Of a stretch of DNA of 64,000 nt, positions 13,149 through 24,669 are shown in pieces. The notes beneath the pieces are model-generated. The model did no database searches. It had not been told where the DNA came from and worked only from the letters and a program-made list of their open reading frames with translations. This stretch comes from Octopus sinensis (lineage: Eukaryota): assembly GCF_006345805.1 (NCBI RefSeq), contig NC_043003.1, positions 30,194,001-30,258,000 on the forward strand, read 5' to 3'. Position 1 is the first letter of the stretch, and every line of letters starts with the position of its first letter. Position numbers and translations under genes: made by a program.

Positions 13149-13984
13149 ATAATGCATGTGTATAAAGACATTGTGAATTTTTAAGTATTTAAGCGAGGCA
13201 CTCCATAATCTAAAGATTGCCAAATAGTTACGTGTATGCTTCGCTGATGAGCTCATAATAATGGAGATAATTTTAATCAGTTACTAATGATTTTTTCTCA
13301 CTGTCATCATCATCATCGTTTAGCGTCCGTTTTCCATGCTAGCATGATATATATTCATCATCATCATCATCATCATCACCAGCATTTAACATCCATGCCC
13401 AGCATGCTAACGATTCTGCCAGCTCACTGCATTAACTTGACTGAATATTGCTGTATTAAATGAAGTACGTCCCAAATTCCTAATTGAAATTTCCCTTTAT
13501 GTCGGGGAAACAAAGTATATCACTAACTGCAATCATTAGAAGCATACAAAAAGGATCGGAAAGATAATTTTTGAAGAATTTCATTAAAAATCTACCCATT
13601 TCTCTTAGCTAAATTTTATTTACGTTTTTTCTACACTAACGTGCTTTCGCTGTTACGAAAGTGTGGCTGGTAATTCGAAGCATTAATTAGTTCAGGTTTA
13701 AAATACATCGTTTAGTTAGTGCTATATTATAAAGTGGAAGTTTACTAAATAATCGTGTCTAAATTGTCTCTTAAGAGCCACAAATCTGCTTGTTTCTAAA
13801 TATTATTACACCTAACAGTAAGAAAAAGAAATAAAGAAAACAGTAAGTTGTCAGCTTATTATTGAATATTATGTTTTAATATTTGTAATGCAAATATCTC
13901 TTGTAACAAATCGCAATATGTATTAATGCTATGTTTAATCTCCACTTAAAAGTTAAACATCCGTGATATTGAATTTTAGAAACT

Positions 13985-13993
13985 ACTCACCAG
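13985..13993 (-). promoter_or_regulatory. Candidate first-exon splice donor for ZNF-C
   Basis: Minus strand ctg|gtgagt in a repeat-free, relatively CpG-richer stretch upstream of the gene; TTTGGCGC near 14143. Confidence 0.4.
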
Positions 13994-14394
13994 CACTAAT
14001 ATTGGTGATATTGAATTATTTGTTATTAATCGTCACATATTGTCACAATATTCTCCATTGTTATTATCTCAGTGAATTTCATTGAATTTATTTCAATCAA
14101 ATCAGTTTGTAAGTCTGTCTTGATACCTTGCATACACCCAGATTTGGCGCTTTCTTCGTATGCAGGACGTTCATCCGAGTAAAAAAGTATTTATCTTGTC
14201 AAAAGTAAAGTGTTTTCCCTGAACGAAAAGTGAAAATGTTATTTAATTTATTGCTTTAACTTTAGATAACATTATCGAAAAGAAAACATTTGTTAGAAAT
14301 CGCTACACTTTGGTCGACAAGAAATTGTGAAGTGTGTGATTTATTTGATATCGCATTTATTAAATTATTGACAGGAGTTTGAACTGACTGTCAT

Positions 14395-16236
14395 TTAAAA
14401 GGGTGTTCTTTCGTTTTCACCCGCCTAAACGTCAAATGGATCGGCTGGTCATTCGCTAATTTCCGTAATTTTTTTTTATTTCTTTTGTTTTCATGACGTG
14501 TGGAGGGCGTCATTTCCTTTGAAGTGAGAGGAGAAAGTGAAAGATGTATGTACGTGTTTATAAAAGATAGTGGGTGTACGAGTGCGCGCGCGCGCGATGC
14601 GTTCAGCATACAAACACACATGTACAACCATTATCTTTCATATATACGTACATACATATGCATGCACCTTTTTTGTATGCATGTGCATGTGAGTGCAGGT
14701 GTGTGTTCTCTTGTATGCATTTTTCTACACAATCGTGTGTATGTATTTATTCTTTTATATTTCAGCCTAAGGCTGTGGCCGTCCTGGGCCACCGTCAGTG
14801 TCATCACTTTTTTAATGGCCAATCCTATGTGATTGGCTTTTGATGAAGGAGGAAGTTTGACACTGCTGCCTCTTTTGAGTTTCTTGCCTTGGATATTGGT
14901 TCATGTGGGATTTTGGATAGCAAAAAGTCAAGTTGTTTCTTGAAAACTTTTCCCTCCACTCCATGGTGAGCCCTGAAATGTTTTGGCAATGCGTTAAATA
15001 GATGTGGGTCCTTGAATCCGAAGCTATTGCAGTACATGGTCCTCACCTTAAATGGGGCAGCTGGAACCTTTGGAATAGTGCAGTGACATCCAATTTGGGA
15101 TCTGGTATAACATGATTCCAAATTTTGGTGCCAGTCCCTCCAGTACCTTCTGCCCAAATATAATTGCATGCCTCTCCCGTCTTCACTCCAGGGAGTATAG
15201 TTGTAGCTCTTTCAGTCTCTCCCAGTAGCTCAGCTGTTTCATTGCTGAACTGCCTCAAGTTCTACTACTAATCCAACACTGTAGGGTGACCACAGTTGAG
15301 AGCAGTGGTCCATAGGACCAGCATAGTTTCTGGTTAGTGACATGCATATTGCTTGGTTACATGTGACTAAGTCTCTCAGGTGCTGTGTTTTGTGTTGTTG
15401 GGACGTTACGAGGCCCCTGATGTTCAGCAAGCATACTGGTGTGACATATAGGGTGTCAGTAGCGGCCATTGGTTTAACATATGCAGAAGTGCGAGAGGTG
15501 ACCACCCTGGATCTCTTGTTGTTTGAGGTGGTCGCGAATACAGGTATGTGTTCCTCACACAGGATGTTTGGTGAAGCCAGGTTAGCTGCTTTACAATCTT
15601 TTGTGCAACCTACAAAAAAAGCCTGTTGTTCAACAGCCACTGTCTGCACTGCATCCACAGTTTCTTTCCTCCTGGGATCTGTGTGTGGTGGTCTTCGGGC
15701 AAGTGGAATAAGTACCACTCACATGGGATTTGAAATGAGCAAATCTGCAGCCTATCCCTATGTTACCATTCCAGCAGGTACTCTTTACATAGAACTTGCA
15801 GACTGGTTCGGTTTCCTTTTTTAACAGAAACATTGCCTTTGCAGGCAAAAAAATACATACATGAGAACACACACACCTTCACTCGCTCTCTCTCTCTCTC
15901 TCACACATACATAAAAAAGATGCATGCATATGTATTTATGTATGTACACGTATATGAAAGATAATAGGTATGCGTTTGTGTGACTGACTACAAGTACATA
16001 GAGCTGAACACAGTGCACACAAACACACACACACAGGTACACACATGTACACCCACTATCTTTCATATACATGTTCATACATCTTTCATTTTCACCTCTC
16101 ACTTCAAAGCAAATGTCACCTTCCACACATCACAAAAACAAAAGTAAATAAATAAGAAAATCTCACTGAAATGAACAAATAATCATATAATTGAATTTTG
16201 ACGTTTATGCACGTGGAAAGGAAAGAATACCCTTAA
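14395..16236. mobile_element. Foldback / non-autonomous DNA transposon with ~330-390-bp imperfect inverted arms (possibly Kolobok-like)
   Basis: 14395-14725 and 15845-16236 are inverted copies; ends ttaaaagggtgttctttc and gaaagaatacccttaa (TTAA-flanked, purine start). Superfamily is an inference. Confidence 0.6.
14745..15840 (-). mobile_element. Internally deleted CR1/L2-group LINE with CCCH-finger ORF1 remnant
   Basis: CKFYVKSTCWNGNIGIGCRFAH (CCCH), then endonuclease start LLNIRGL fused to post-RT DHCSQLWSPY...ELEAVQ and C-terminal PHLFNALPK...FKKQLDFLLSKIPHEP. Confidence 0.75.
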
Positions 16237-17719
16237 AAGTTCCAAATCTCATGAGAAAAGAAGCGGCAGGGTTAAGTATCAGTTGAGTACTACTGGGGTC
16301 AATGCAATCGACTTACCCACTCCCCGAAATTGCTGGCCTTGTGCCAAAATTTGAAATCATTATCATCATCAGCCCTGTACAGGACACCATCAGTAGAGTA
16401 TTGGCAGCGTCATTGGAGCCATTTGAAATGGAAACTTCACTCTCACTGAGATCATCAGCAATGTCTCCAGGAACATCATTATTTTTCCTTTCTTATTTAG
16501 TTTTCCTGTGTTTCACACAACTGAAATTAGGATTCTGAAAGTAGTTTTATTCACTAAAATTTGAATTTTACACACACACACACACACATGACTGGATGCA
16601 TTCGGTTGGAGTTAATTGTATTTAATAACAGTTTGTCTCAGCTGCACATTACTTTGAACATCTGATGAGGTGGATGTATCCTACACCCATGAAACTATGT
16701 TATCTAAGGCCGGATCAAACTGTCTGTTATAGTGTGTGTGTGTGTATGTTTTATAGAGTCAGAAATTACATAGTGCGCTAAAAACTGTAATTTCTTTAAA
16801 CATGTATGTCTTAAGCAAAAATGCTTAGTAATTGTGAAAACTTATGATGTAATTTCAAAGAAACAAGATGATATAAAAACTGGCTTTCTTGAAATATCAA
16901 AACGAAAACAAAATGGTTTATAATAGAAAAAGATACTTTGATTTTAAAAGAATATGCATTACGAGAAGGAAAAAGGCATTTTGGTGACCTAATGATATCT
17001 AAGAATCAGTGGAAATTATGTTTGCACCCAATGAAGTAAATATGTCGTTTCTGTCTTGGTATTTCAAATGAGCCATGATGTGGATATCTGTCATCATAAA
17101 ACTCATAAGATATAAATAATGATTCTGTGGTCCCATGTTCCCTTCATATCTTGCTTTACAATCCATCCACTTGGTATTGACATGCCATTATCCACCTCTA
17201 TTAATATTTATTGTACTCTTTTCCTTTCTGCTACTCTCTTATCCCAGTCATGGTTTCTACTACTGCACTATTGTTTTTGTCTTCCACCCAACCTAGTTTT
17301 TCTATTCATCACCTCAACCATGTAGACCTGAAGACAAGAACACATTACAGCATAAGTGCTGATTCCTCTAGTAACCTACCCAGAACATTGTGTAAAGGGG
17401 TTTGTGAGCAAACAGAGACATAAGGTTGAGGGGACCCTCATAGTCTTGTCAAAGGTATGACAAACTTTAGTACTGGGGCCTTGATAAAATGTATCCGGTA
17501 CACTGTAAGAGTGGTTGGTGTTAGGAAGGACTTCCAGACAGAAGCCATGACAAAAATGAAACTTAAGAATCAGATATAGGCCTCTAACCTATCTAGGTGG
17601 GCAGTAACTATAAGTAAGAACTGATATGGTCCATGACAACCCATACAACCCGTTCTAGCATGAAAAGCAGATGTAAAACAATAATGATGATGACACATGC
17701 ACATATGTATATACGGTGT

Positions 17720-18641
17720 ACCCAGTCTTTACATGTGTCGGATGTGCAGGTATGCTAGACACCAGGAATGCACAGAAAATAGACTCCCTCAAATATCAGA
17801 GATGATCCTTAGAAGTAGTAGACAATTTTTGTTATTTAGCTAACCAAGTTAGCAGTGGTGATTTTTGTTCCGAAAGCATTAACTGCTAGAATAAGAATGG
17901 GCTGGGCAAAGTTCAGTGAACTACTACCTCTGTCATTAACATAGGGCCTCTTCCTCAGAGTGAGAGTGTATGATGCCTGTGTACAAGCAGCTATGCTACA
18001 TGGCAGTCAGACATGGACTGTGACTACTGAGGACATGCAAAGGCTTGAAAGATATGAAGCTAGTATGGTCTACTGGATGGGTAATGTTAGTGTACATATA
18101 CGACAGAGTGTAAGTGATTTGAGAGAGAAACTGGGTATATGAGGCATCAGATGTAGTGTGCAAGAGAGAAGATTGTACTGATATGATCATGTCTTGTGTA
18201 TAGATGGGGACAGCTGCTTCAAAAAGTACCAATCTAATTGTGGAGAAAACTTGCAGAAGGGGTTGCGGCAAAGTGATGAGAAAAGATCTTCAGCATCTGG
18301 CCCTCACTGGGGGGATGGCAAAGGACCAAGACGTCTGGCAGTTTGCTGTACTTGAGAAGACATGTCAAGCTAAGCAAAATCATGGTTGTCCTTCCATACA
18401 GGCATGACCCCCTACCGCTGATCAATCCTAATCTTGAAGGCTCATGGGTGCTGGTGCCATGTAAAAAGCACCCAGTACACTCTGTAAAATGGTTGTTAGG
18501 AAGGGCATCCAACCATAGAAACTATACCACAACAGACATGTAGCCTAAGCAGCTCTTCAGCCTGCCAGCTCCTGTGAAACCATCCAATCCATTCCAGCAT
18601 GGAAAATGGATGTTAAATGCTGCTGCTGCTGCTGATGATGA

Positions 18642-18643
<2 letters not shown>
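17720..18643 (+). mobile_element. RTE-clade LINE 3' fragment
   Basis: RVYDACVQAAMLHGSQTW...LREKLGI, homologous to 4100-4890 and 53600-54700; (GCT/GAT)n tail. Confidence 0.85.
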
Positions 18644-18681
<38 letters not shown>

Positions 18682-20388
18682 CAATGAGAAAAAAATTATT
18701 AGTAACTGGTTAAAATTATTTCCATTATTATGAGTTCATCAGCGAAGCATACACGTAACTATTTGGCAATCTTTAGATTATTGAGTGCCTTGCTGAAATA
18801 GTTATCGTTCACAATGTCTTTATACACATGCATTATAATATGTTTAAATGATACTACTTGCATTGCAACTGAAGCCAAGTTGAAACTGATACTAATTGCC
18901 ATTGACAGCTGTAGTTTGGCAGGATGATGTTACAAACATTCATCTTTTTGCTGAAACTTTTACAATCTCTCCAAATGTATGAAATTCCAATGAATAGAAT
19001 GGGAATGAGTGTTAGCAGGTTCCTACAAGAGTGACTTGATCTCATGTCACAATTAATTAAAGTTGCATTTTATAGTACTACTACAAAACTCCAGCTACCA
19101 AATGATGCTACAGACTTTTCTCCTTATAGCTGGCTGGTTAATTAATAAGAACTGGTTTCTTTAATATCATTACAACTTGATTGAGATTCAGGAATTGTTT
19201 CATGATTGAAGAAATTGTACGTTTCAGCTTTATTATAACCTCATATGTGAAGTATATTTTATAAGAAGTTCAAAACATTTTACATGCTGTTGATATCCTT
19301 TATAACCAAGTATATAGTATAAAGTTTGTAGTTTTGCCATCATGACATTAGCATATACTGTGAAATCTGTACATTGCTGGTGAGGTAGTAATGGGCTTAA
19401 AACTCATTTAAAATAATATGATATTAGTCACTAGATATTGTTGTTCTTTCGTTTATTTAACAAGTTAATTATTTTTAAGGTTTGCTTTTCTCTTTTCCCC
19501 AACATTAAATATGTTAGTACTAACTTAACTTTCATAGTAATGGTATTCTGAGTGTTCATAACCTTACTAAAAACATTCTGTATTTTAGTTCCACCAAAAG
19601 CTCCTGTTATTATTTTTATGTATGTGTATCTCATTACTATTATCCCTGCTTTAGAGTTTTGATAAATGTCCTTCCTATTGTGTCTTTCCTTTATACACAT
19701 TTTCTGATTTTTCTTTATTATTCTAACAGTTAGTGTCTCTGGTCGAGTCCCTCCTCTCTAATAACTTTTCTGTTACCTTTTCATTGCAGATTCAAGATTT
19801 ATAAAGAACTTTGTCAGATTTTGAAAACAGAAAACAGACATTATCAAGAAACCTATTAATTGTTCTTTCATCATTATCATTTAACATCTGTTTTCCATGC
19901 TGGCATGGGTTGGACAGTTTGACAGGGGCTAGCTAGGCAGAAGATTGCACCAGGTTTCACTGTTTTGGTAGTGTTTTCATGGCTGGATACCCTTAATAAC
20001 ACCAACCAGCGTTATAACCTTGATCTTTTGTGAAATTAAAATTAAAGCTGTAAACAGTCTATAATTGAGTTGTGGAACATGAAGATTTCATTTGTTTTGA
20101 TGGGAACTTTTTCCTATCTGTATAGCTTGAGAACTGGAGTGAGTTTTCAAGTTGCTGATTTTTAATTTCAAGATTGAACTCTAGCAAGAGAAACTGTCCC
20201 AATAAAATATCTTAAATCTGTTTCTTTACAATTGAGACATCTACAGACTTTGTCAAATATCATGTTTTTTTTTTCTCAGTAAGAGAAAATACATGGTAAA
20301 TATTTATTGAAAAGTTTCAGAGAATTCAGTTTCTTTCAGTACACATTTGAAATTAAATAAAAAATTTTTAAATATTTGTAAGAAAATC

Positions 20389-21822
20389 ATGGAGGATAAA
20401 CTGGAGGAGAGCCAGGCATGTGAAAAACAACCTGAATCTGATGACATAACTAATCAGGAATGTGTAGATACACAGAAGAAAGCATATCATTTTGACATTC
20501 GTAAGAAGACATTCTCACAATATAATGTCCTTCTTACAAGCATAAAGCTTAAATATTCCAAAATGTGTAACAAAACATCTGTTAAAAACCGTTCATTCTC
20601 TAAGGGTGTTCAGTCAGATCAGACTGATTTTGAATGCTTAATTTGTGGTAAAATATTTTCTCGGAGATGTTATCTGAGAAGGCACAGAACTATACACAGA
20701 AGTATTAAACCATATCGATGTGACATTTGTGATAAAACCTTTTCTCAGAGCAGCACTTTGACTAATCATAGACGTATTCATACTGATGAAAAGCCATATC
20801 ATTGTAAGGTTTGTGGCAGAAGGTTCACACAGTATGGTCATTTGAGTAGACACAAGTATATTCACTCAGGAGAGAAACCACACCGCTGTGAAATCTGTGG
20901 GAAATCATTCTCACAGATTGACAGTTTAACTCGTCATAAACTTATTCATACAGGAGAGAAACCATATCAGTGTGGTATTTGTGGTAAAACATTCTCTCGA
21001 AGCTCTTATTTGAATGTTCACAAATCAGTTCACACAAATGAAAAGCCACATCGTTGTGATGTCTGTGGGAAAGCATTCTCTGGAAGAAGTACTTTGACAA
21101 ATCACAAACGTATTCACACTGGGGAAAAACCATACCATTGTGATATCTGTGGTAAAACTTTCTCTGGATATAATAGTTTGACTAGTCACGTACAAGGTCA
21201 CACAGGAAATAAACCATACCACTGTGATATTTGTGGTAAAACATTCTCTAGCAGTAGTAGACTAACTAATCACATACGCATCCACACAGGTGAGAAACCA
21301 TACCACTGTAACACCTGTGGTAAAACATTTTCTCAAAATAGTCATTTAACTCAGCATGTACGGGTTCATACAGGTGAGAAGCCACACCACTGTGATATAT
21401 GTGGTAAAACATTCACTCAAAGAGGTCATTTAACAATTCATATACGTGGGCATACAGGTGAAAGGCCATATAGCTGTGATATTTGTGGTAAAGCTTATGC
21501 TGACAACCAAAGTTTAACTCGTCACAAGCCTGTTCACACAGGTGAGCATCCACATCGTTGTGATGTTTGTGGGAAGGCATTCACTCAGAGCACACATTTA
21601 AAAATTCATCTACGTGGCCACACAGGTGAAAGACCATTTAGTTGTGATATTTGTGGTAAAACCTTCTCTGATAATCAGCATTTAACTCGTCACAAACCTG
21701 TTCACACAGGTGAGAAACCGTATGGTTGCGATATCTGTGATAAAACTTTCTCTATAAAAAGGAGTTTGACTAATCACAAGCAAAAGGTGCATGCAAAACA
21801 AACCATAAAACAAGAGAAATAG
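20389..21822 (+). CDS. ZNF-D: tandem C2H2 zinc-finger protein, 14 fingers, 477 aa
   Basis: Uninterrupted ORF with CxxC-x12-Hx3-4H repeats and TGEKP linkers. First ATG is 20389 (the track starts at a TTG); the same start is seen in ZNF-C. Confidence 0.92.
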   Translation: MEDKLEESQACEKQPESDDITNQECVDTQKKAYHFDIRKKTFSQYNVLLTSIKLKYSKMCNKTSVKNRSFSKGVQSDQTDFECLICGKIFSRRCYLRRHRTIHRSIKPYRCDICDKTFSQSSTLTNHRRIHTDEKPYHCKVCGRRFTQYGHLSRHKYIHSGEKPHRCEICGKSFSQIDSLTRHKLIHTGEKPYQCGICGKTFSRSSYLNVHKSVHTNEKPHRCDVCGKAFSGRSTLTNHKRIHTGEKPYHCDICGKTFSGYNSLTSHVQGHTGNKPYHCDICGKTFSSSSRLTNHIRIHTGEKPYHCNTCGKTFSQNSHLTQHVRVHTGEKPHHCDICGKTFTQRGHLTIHIRGHTGERPYSCDICGKAYADNQSLTRHKPVHTGEHPHRCDVCGKAFTQSTHLKIHLRGHTGERPFSCDICGKTFSDNQHLTRHKPVHTGEKPYGCDICDKTFSIKRSLTNHKQKVHAKQTIKQEK

Positions 21823-24669
21823 TTGGAAGAACTTGTATAAATTAATATATTATGACACCACAAAGAAATTCCTGTAAAACGATGCAATGAAATTTTATAT
21901 ATTACAGAAAATTAATGAAAGCCATGCTTATATAATATTACCTGAATTATTTGAGAATATTTTGTAATATCTGAACTTAAATTATATATCAGTGTTGTAA
22001 TATGTAGTAATTGTTAATATTGTAAACCAATCAGTTGTATCAAATACAAGCCAGATGGTCGAGATGATTGAAAAATTCTTTAATGAAATTATACACACAG
22101 ATTGATTAAAAAAAAAAGCTTCACTGTAATGTTTTCGAGTTATAATTTTTTTTACAGACAATCATATGTTGAACATTTAATTTTTTCCCCCCAGTTGTAC
22201 ATGTAACAATATTAACATTTATATGGTACAATGTCAATGTAATTTCCAAATGAATTGTAATATTTTATAATTAAACTTTATGTAAATGTAATTCACTTTA
22301 CTGATTCATTCTGAATTAACTTTAATATCTAATTTGGTTACTCAAAATTTTTTCACTATTTTAATACTATGAAATGTTTACAGTTGTGTTTTGGGAGTTC
22401 AAAGTTGCCATCTAGGAAAAAATCTATTTCATCTGTCCTTCCTACTACAGCGTGTGTACATGAAAGAAGGGTGATTTTCTGTAAAAATTGAACTTTTACT
22501 GAAAGAAGCTCACTATATGCTGCAAAGAATATAAAAACAAAATTATAAAGTTACGAATAGTCATGAGTTTGGAACAGACAATGTAAAAGTTAGATGTCCC
22601 TGAAAGGAATTAGAAAAATATGTTATGGATTATAGCATAGTGAAGTACTAGATACAAATAAAACATAATATGTTGTAAAAGACTTATTGTACAAGTATAG
22701 CAGGTCCCCCAGCCATGCAGGGGGTAATATAACAGTAGAAATGTGAGGTAGAAGGGTTATCAAAGGTGAGGACTTTTGAAGAGGTAAAAAGTGTGTAATG
22801 CCAAGAAATACCTAGACCCTAGGCTGGATGATACATGCCAGGTGTGCCTTGCTAGAAATTTGTTGCTGTTTTACATTAAGGTGAAGTGTTTCAAATTGTA
22901 TAATAGTATATATATATATGTGAATTACAATGTCACTGTGGGGAAAGTGTATCCAAAATGATATGGATGTATCAGTGTCATAAGTTCTTAAATAAAGAAA
23001 CTGAAGGTATAGCAAAAGCATAGTTCTATTGATATAAGCTGAAAGTCTAGCTGTAGTGATCAATGTGAGTTTGTTAATAAAACAATTGAAATGACAAGAA
23101 AAAGTTATAGTTTCCTCACAGATTGTTCAGATATAGTTTCCTCACAGATAATGAAGATAGGGTGATGTTAAGCTAATTACTTAGTTTATGAGATTGTATA
23201 GTATGGTACTTTTGAAAATGATTGGATAGTATCATGTACTGTGAGAAAATACAAATGTCAGTTAACAATGGTTGTAAGTAATCAGGAACATTACTACAAG
23301 AGAGTTAACACTTGAGAATGTAGTTTGACTTTGTATAAAAACATGAACTCTTGGATTCTATATATTTCTTGAAATAATTGCTGGAAGTTAGTAACCCAGC
23401 ACTAAGATGACACCTTGGTTTTTGGTATTTAGAAAATGTCTTCGGTAGGTTTCCAAGTTAAATAGACTGGTGGACAATGAGAAATTAAGATATGTACAAA
23501 GGTAGAAAAAGTAGTTAAGGGTGTATTTAATGGTGCTGTGAATAAGACAAGTAGTTAATAAATCAGCATTGTTGCAAGAGTTAACTAGAAATTAAGTTCC
23601 ATCATTATTTCTGTCTAGATATGTGTGTGTACCATTTTTTGCAATAGCCCATACTTGTCTGAAAGGCTCCTAAAAAATTCATTTGCTGAAACTAGAGAAA
23701 ATCTTTTAGAGATGTAGCATTTGCTTAATTCAAGTGCTGAGGTAAAAACATTATTCCTTATTCAGTAGCATGAATGTTATAAAATTTTCTAACATAAAAG
23801 ATAAATATATAAATGAGCTGGATTCTTTGAGATGTTAAGAGTAATTTAAATATATTTGACTTCATTTGCATATGTAGTTGGTCATTTTACCAGGAACTGG
23901 TGCTAAATGTTTTGACACTTTGAAAAGTTATGCAATTAAAATAAGTAGTGTCTGCAGCATTATATATATATACATACACACACACACTAGAGCATTACCT
24001 GTCATTTTCAAAATATACTTTTGCCCTCATCCATGCATAATATCAAAAAATATGACATACAATAATAATTTAACTTATATCAAATTTTATTTTACGTATA
24101 CAAAATGATGAAATGATTACAAATTTTCAAAAGAAATATATTTACCTTAAAATTAGGTAAAGCAAATTTTTTTCATTTGTATATTTGCAATAAATACATT
24201 GTTTTCTAAATTTTCTCAATACGATAGCAATCCACTTCATCACAAACCTATCTGCAAAATTTCATAAGAAGTATGTGCTTTAATCAGAAAATTATAAGAC
24301 AATCAACCTGCACCACATATGTTAACTCTGTAGTTGTCCTTTACTTTCAGTATACAATGTAAAGTGTAACTTGAGAGAAATCAACTAACCAATATTTATA
24401 TCAAATATTATTGTATATATATGTATGTATCATCATCATCAGTTTAATGTCCACTTTTCCATACTTGCATGGTTCAGACATAGTTTGTTGAGGGAGATTT
24501 TGTATGCCTGGATGCCCATCACATCACCAACCCTCACTTCTTTCCATTAAGGTCATATTTCTTTGTGGCCAGATATGTTTTCATGGAAGATAAGAAATGA
24601 ACATCATACAACAGTAATGCTTAGTTTACAACTGTTAGTGATGTTCAAGGAAGGAGAGATACAAACACA

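Larger units (their letters stand above)
111..13395. repeat. Left arm of ~29.4-kb inverted segmental duplication (palindrome)
   Basis: 111-7886 is the reverse complement of about 21625-29505 (atttgtcacaaatctag at 111 vs ctagatttgtgacaaat ending 29505). 10012-13395 mirrors about 18607-21970. Mirrored ORF pairs: 3365/26050, 5453/23878, 12149/19431. Confidence 0.95.

Noticed and set aside
15239-15824. 159-160 aa overlapping ORFs as a host gene
   Set aside because: Explained by the GC-richer LINE remnant.
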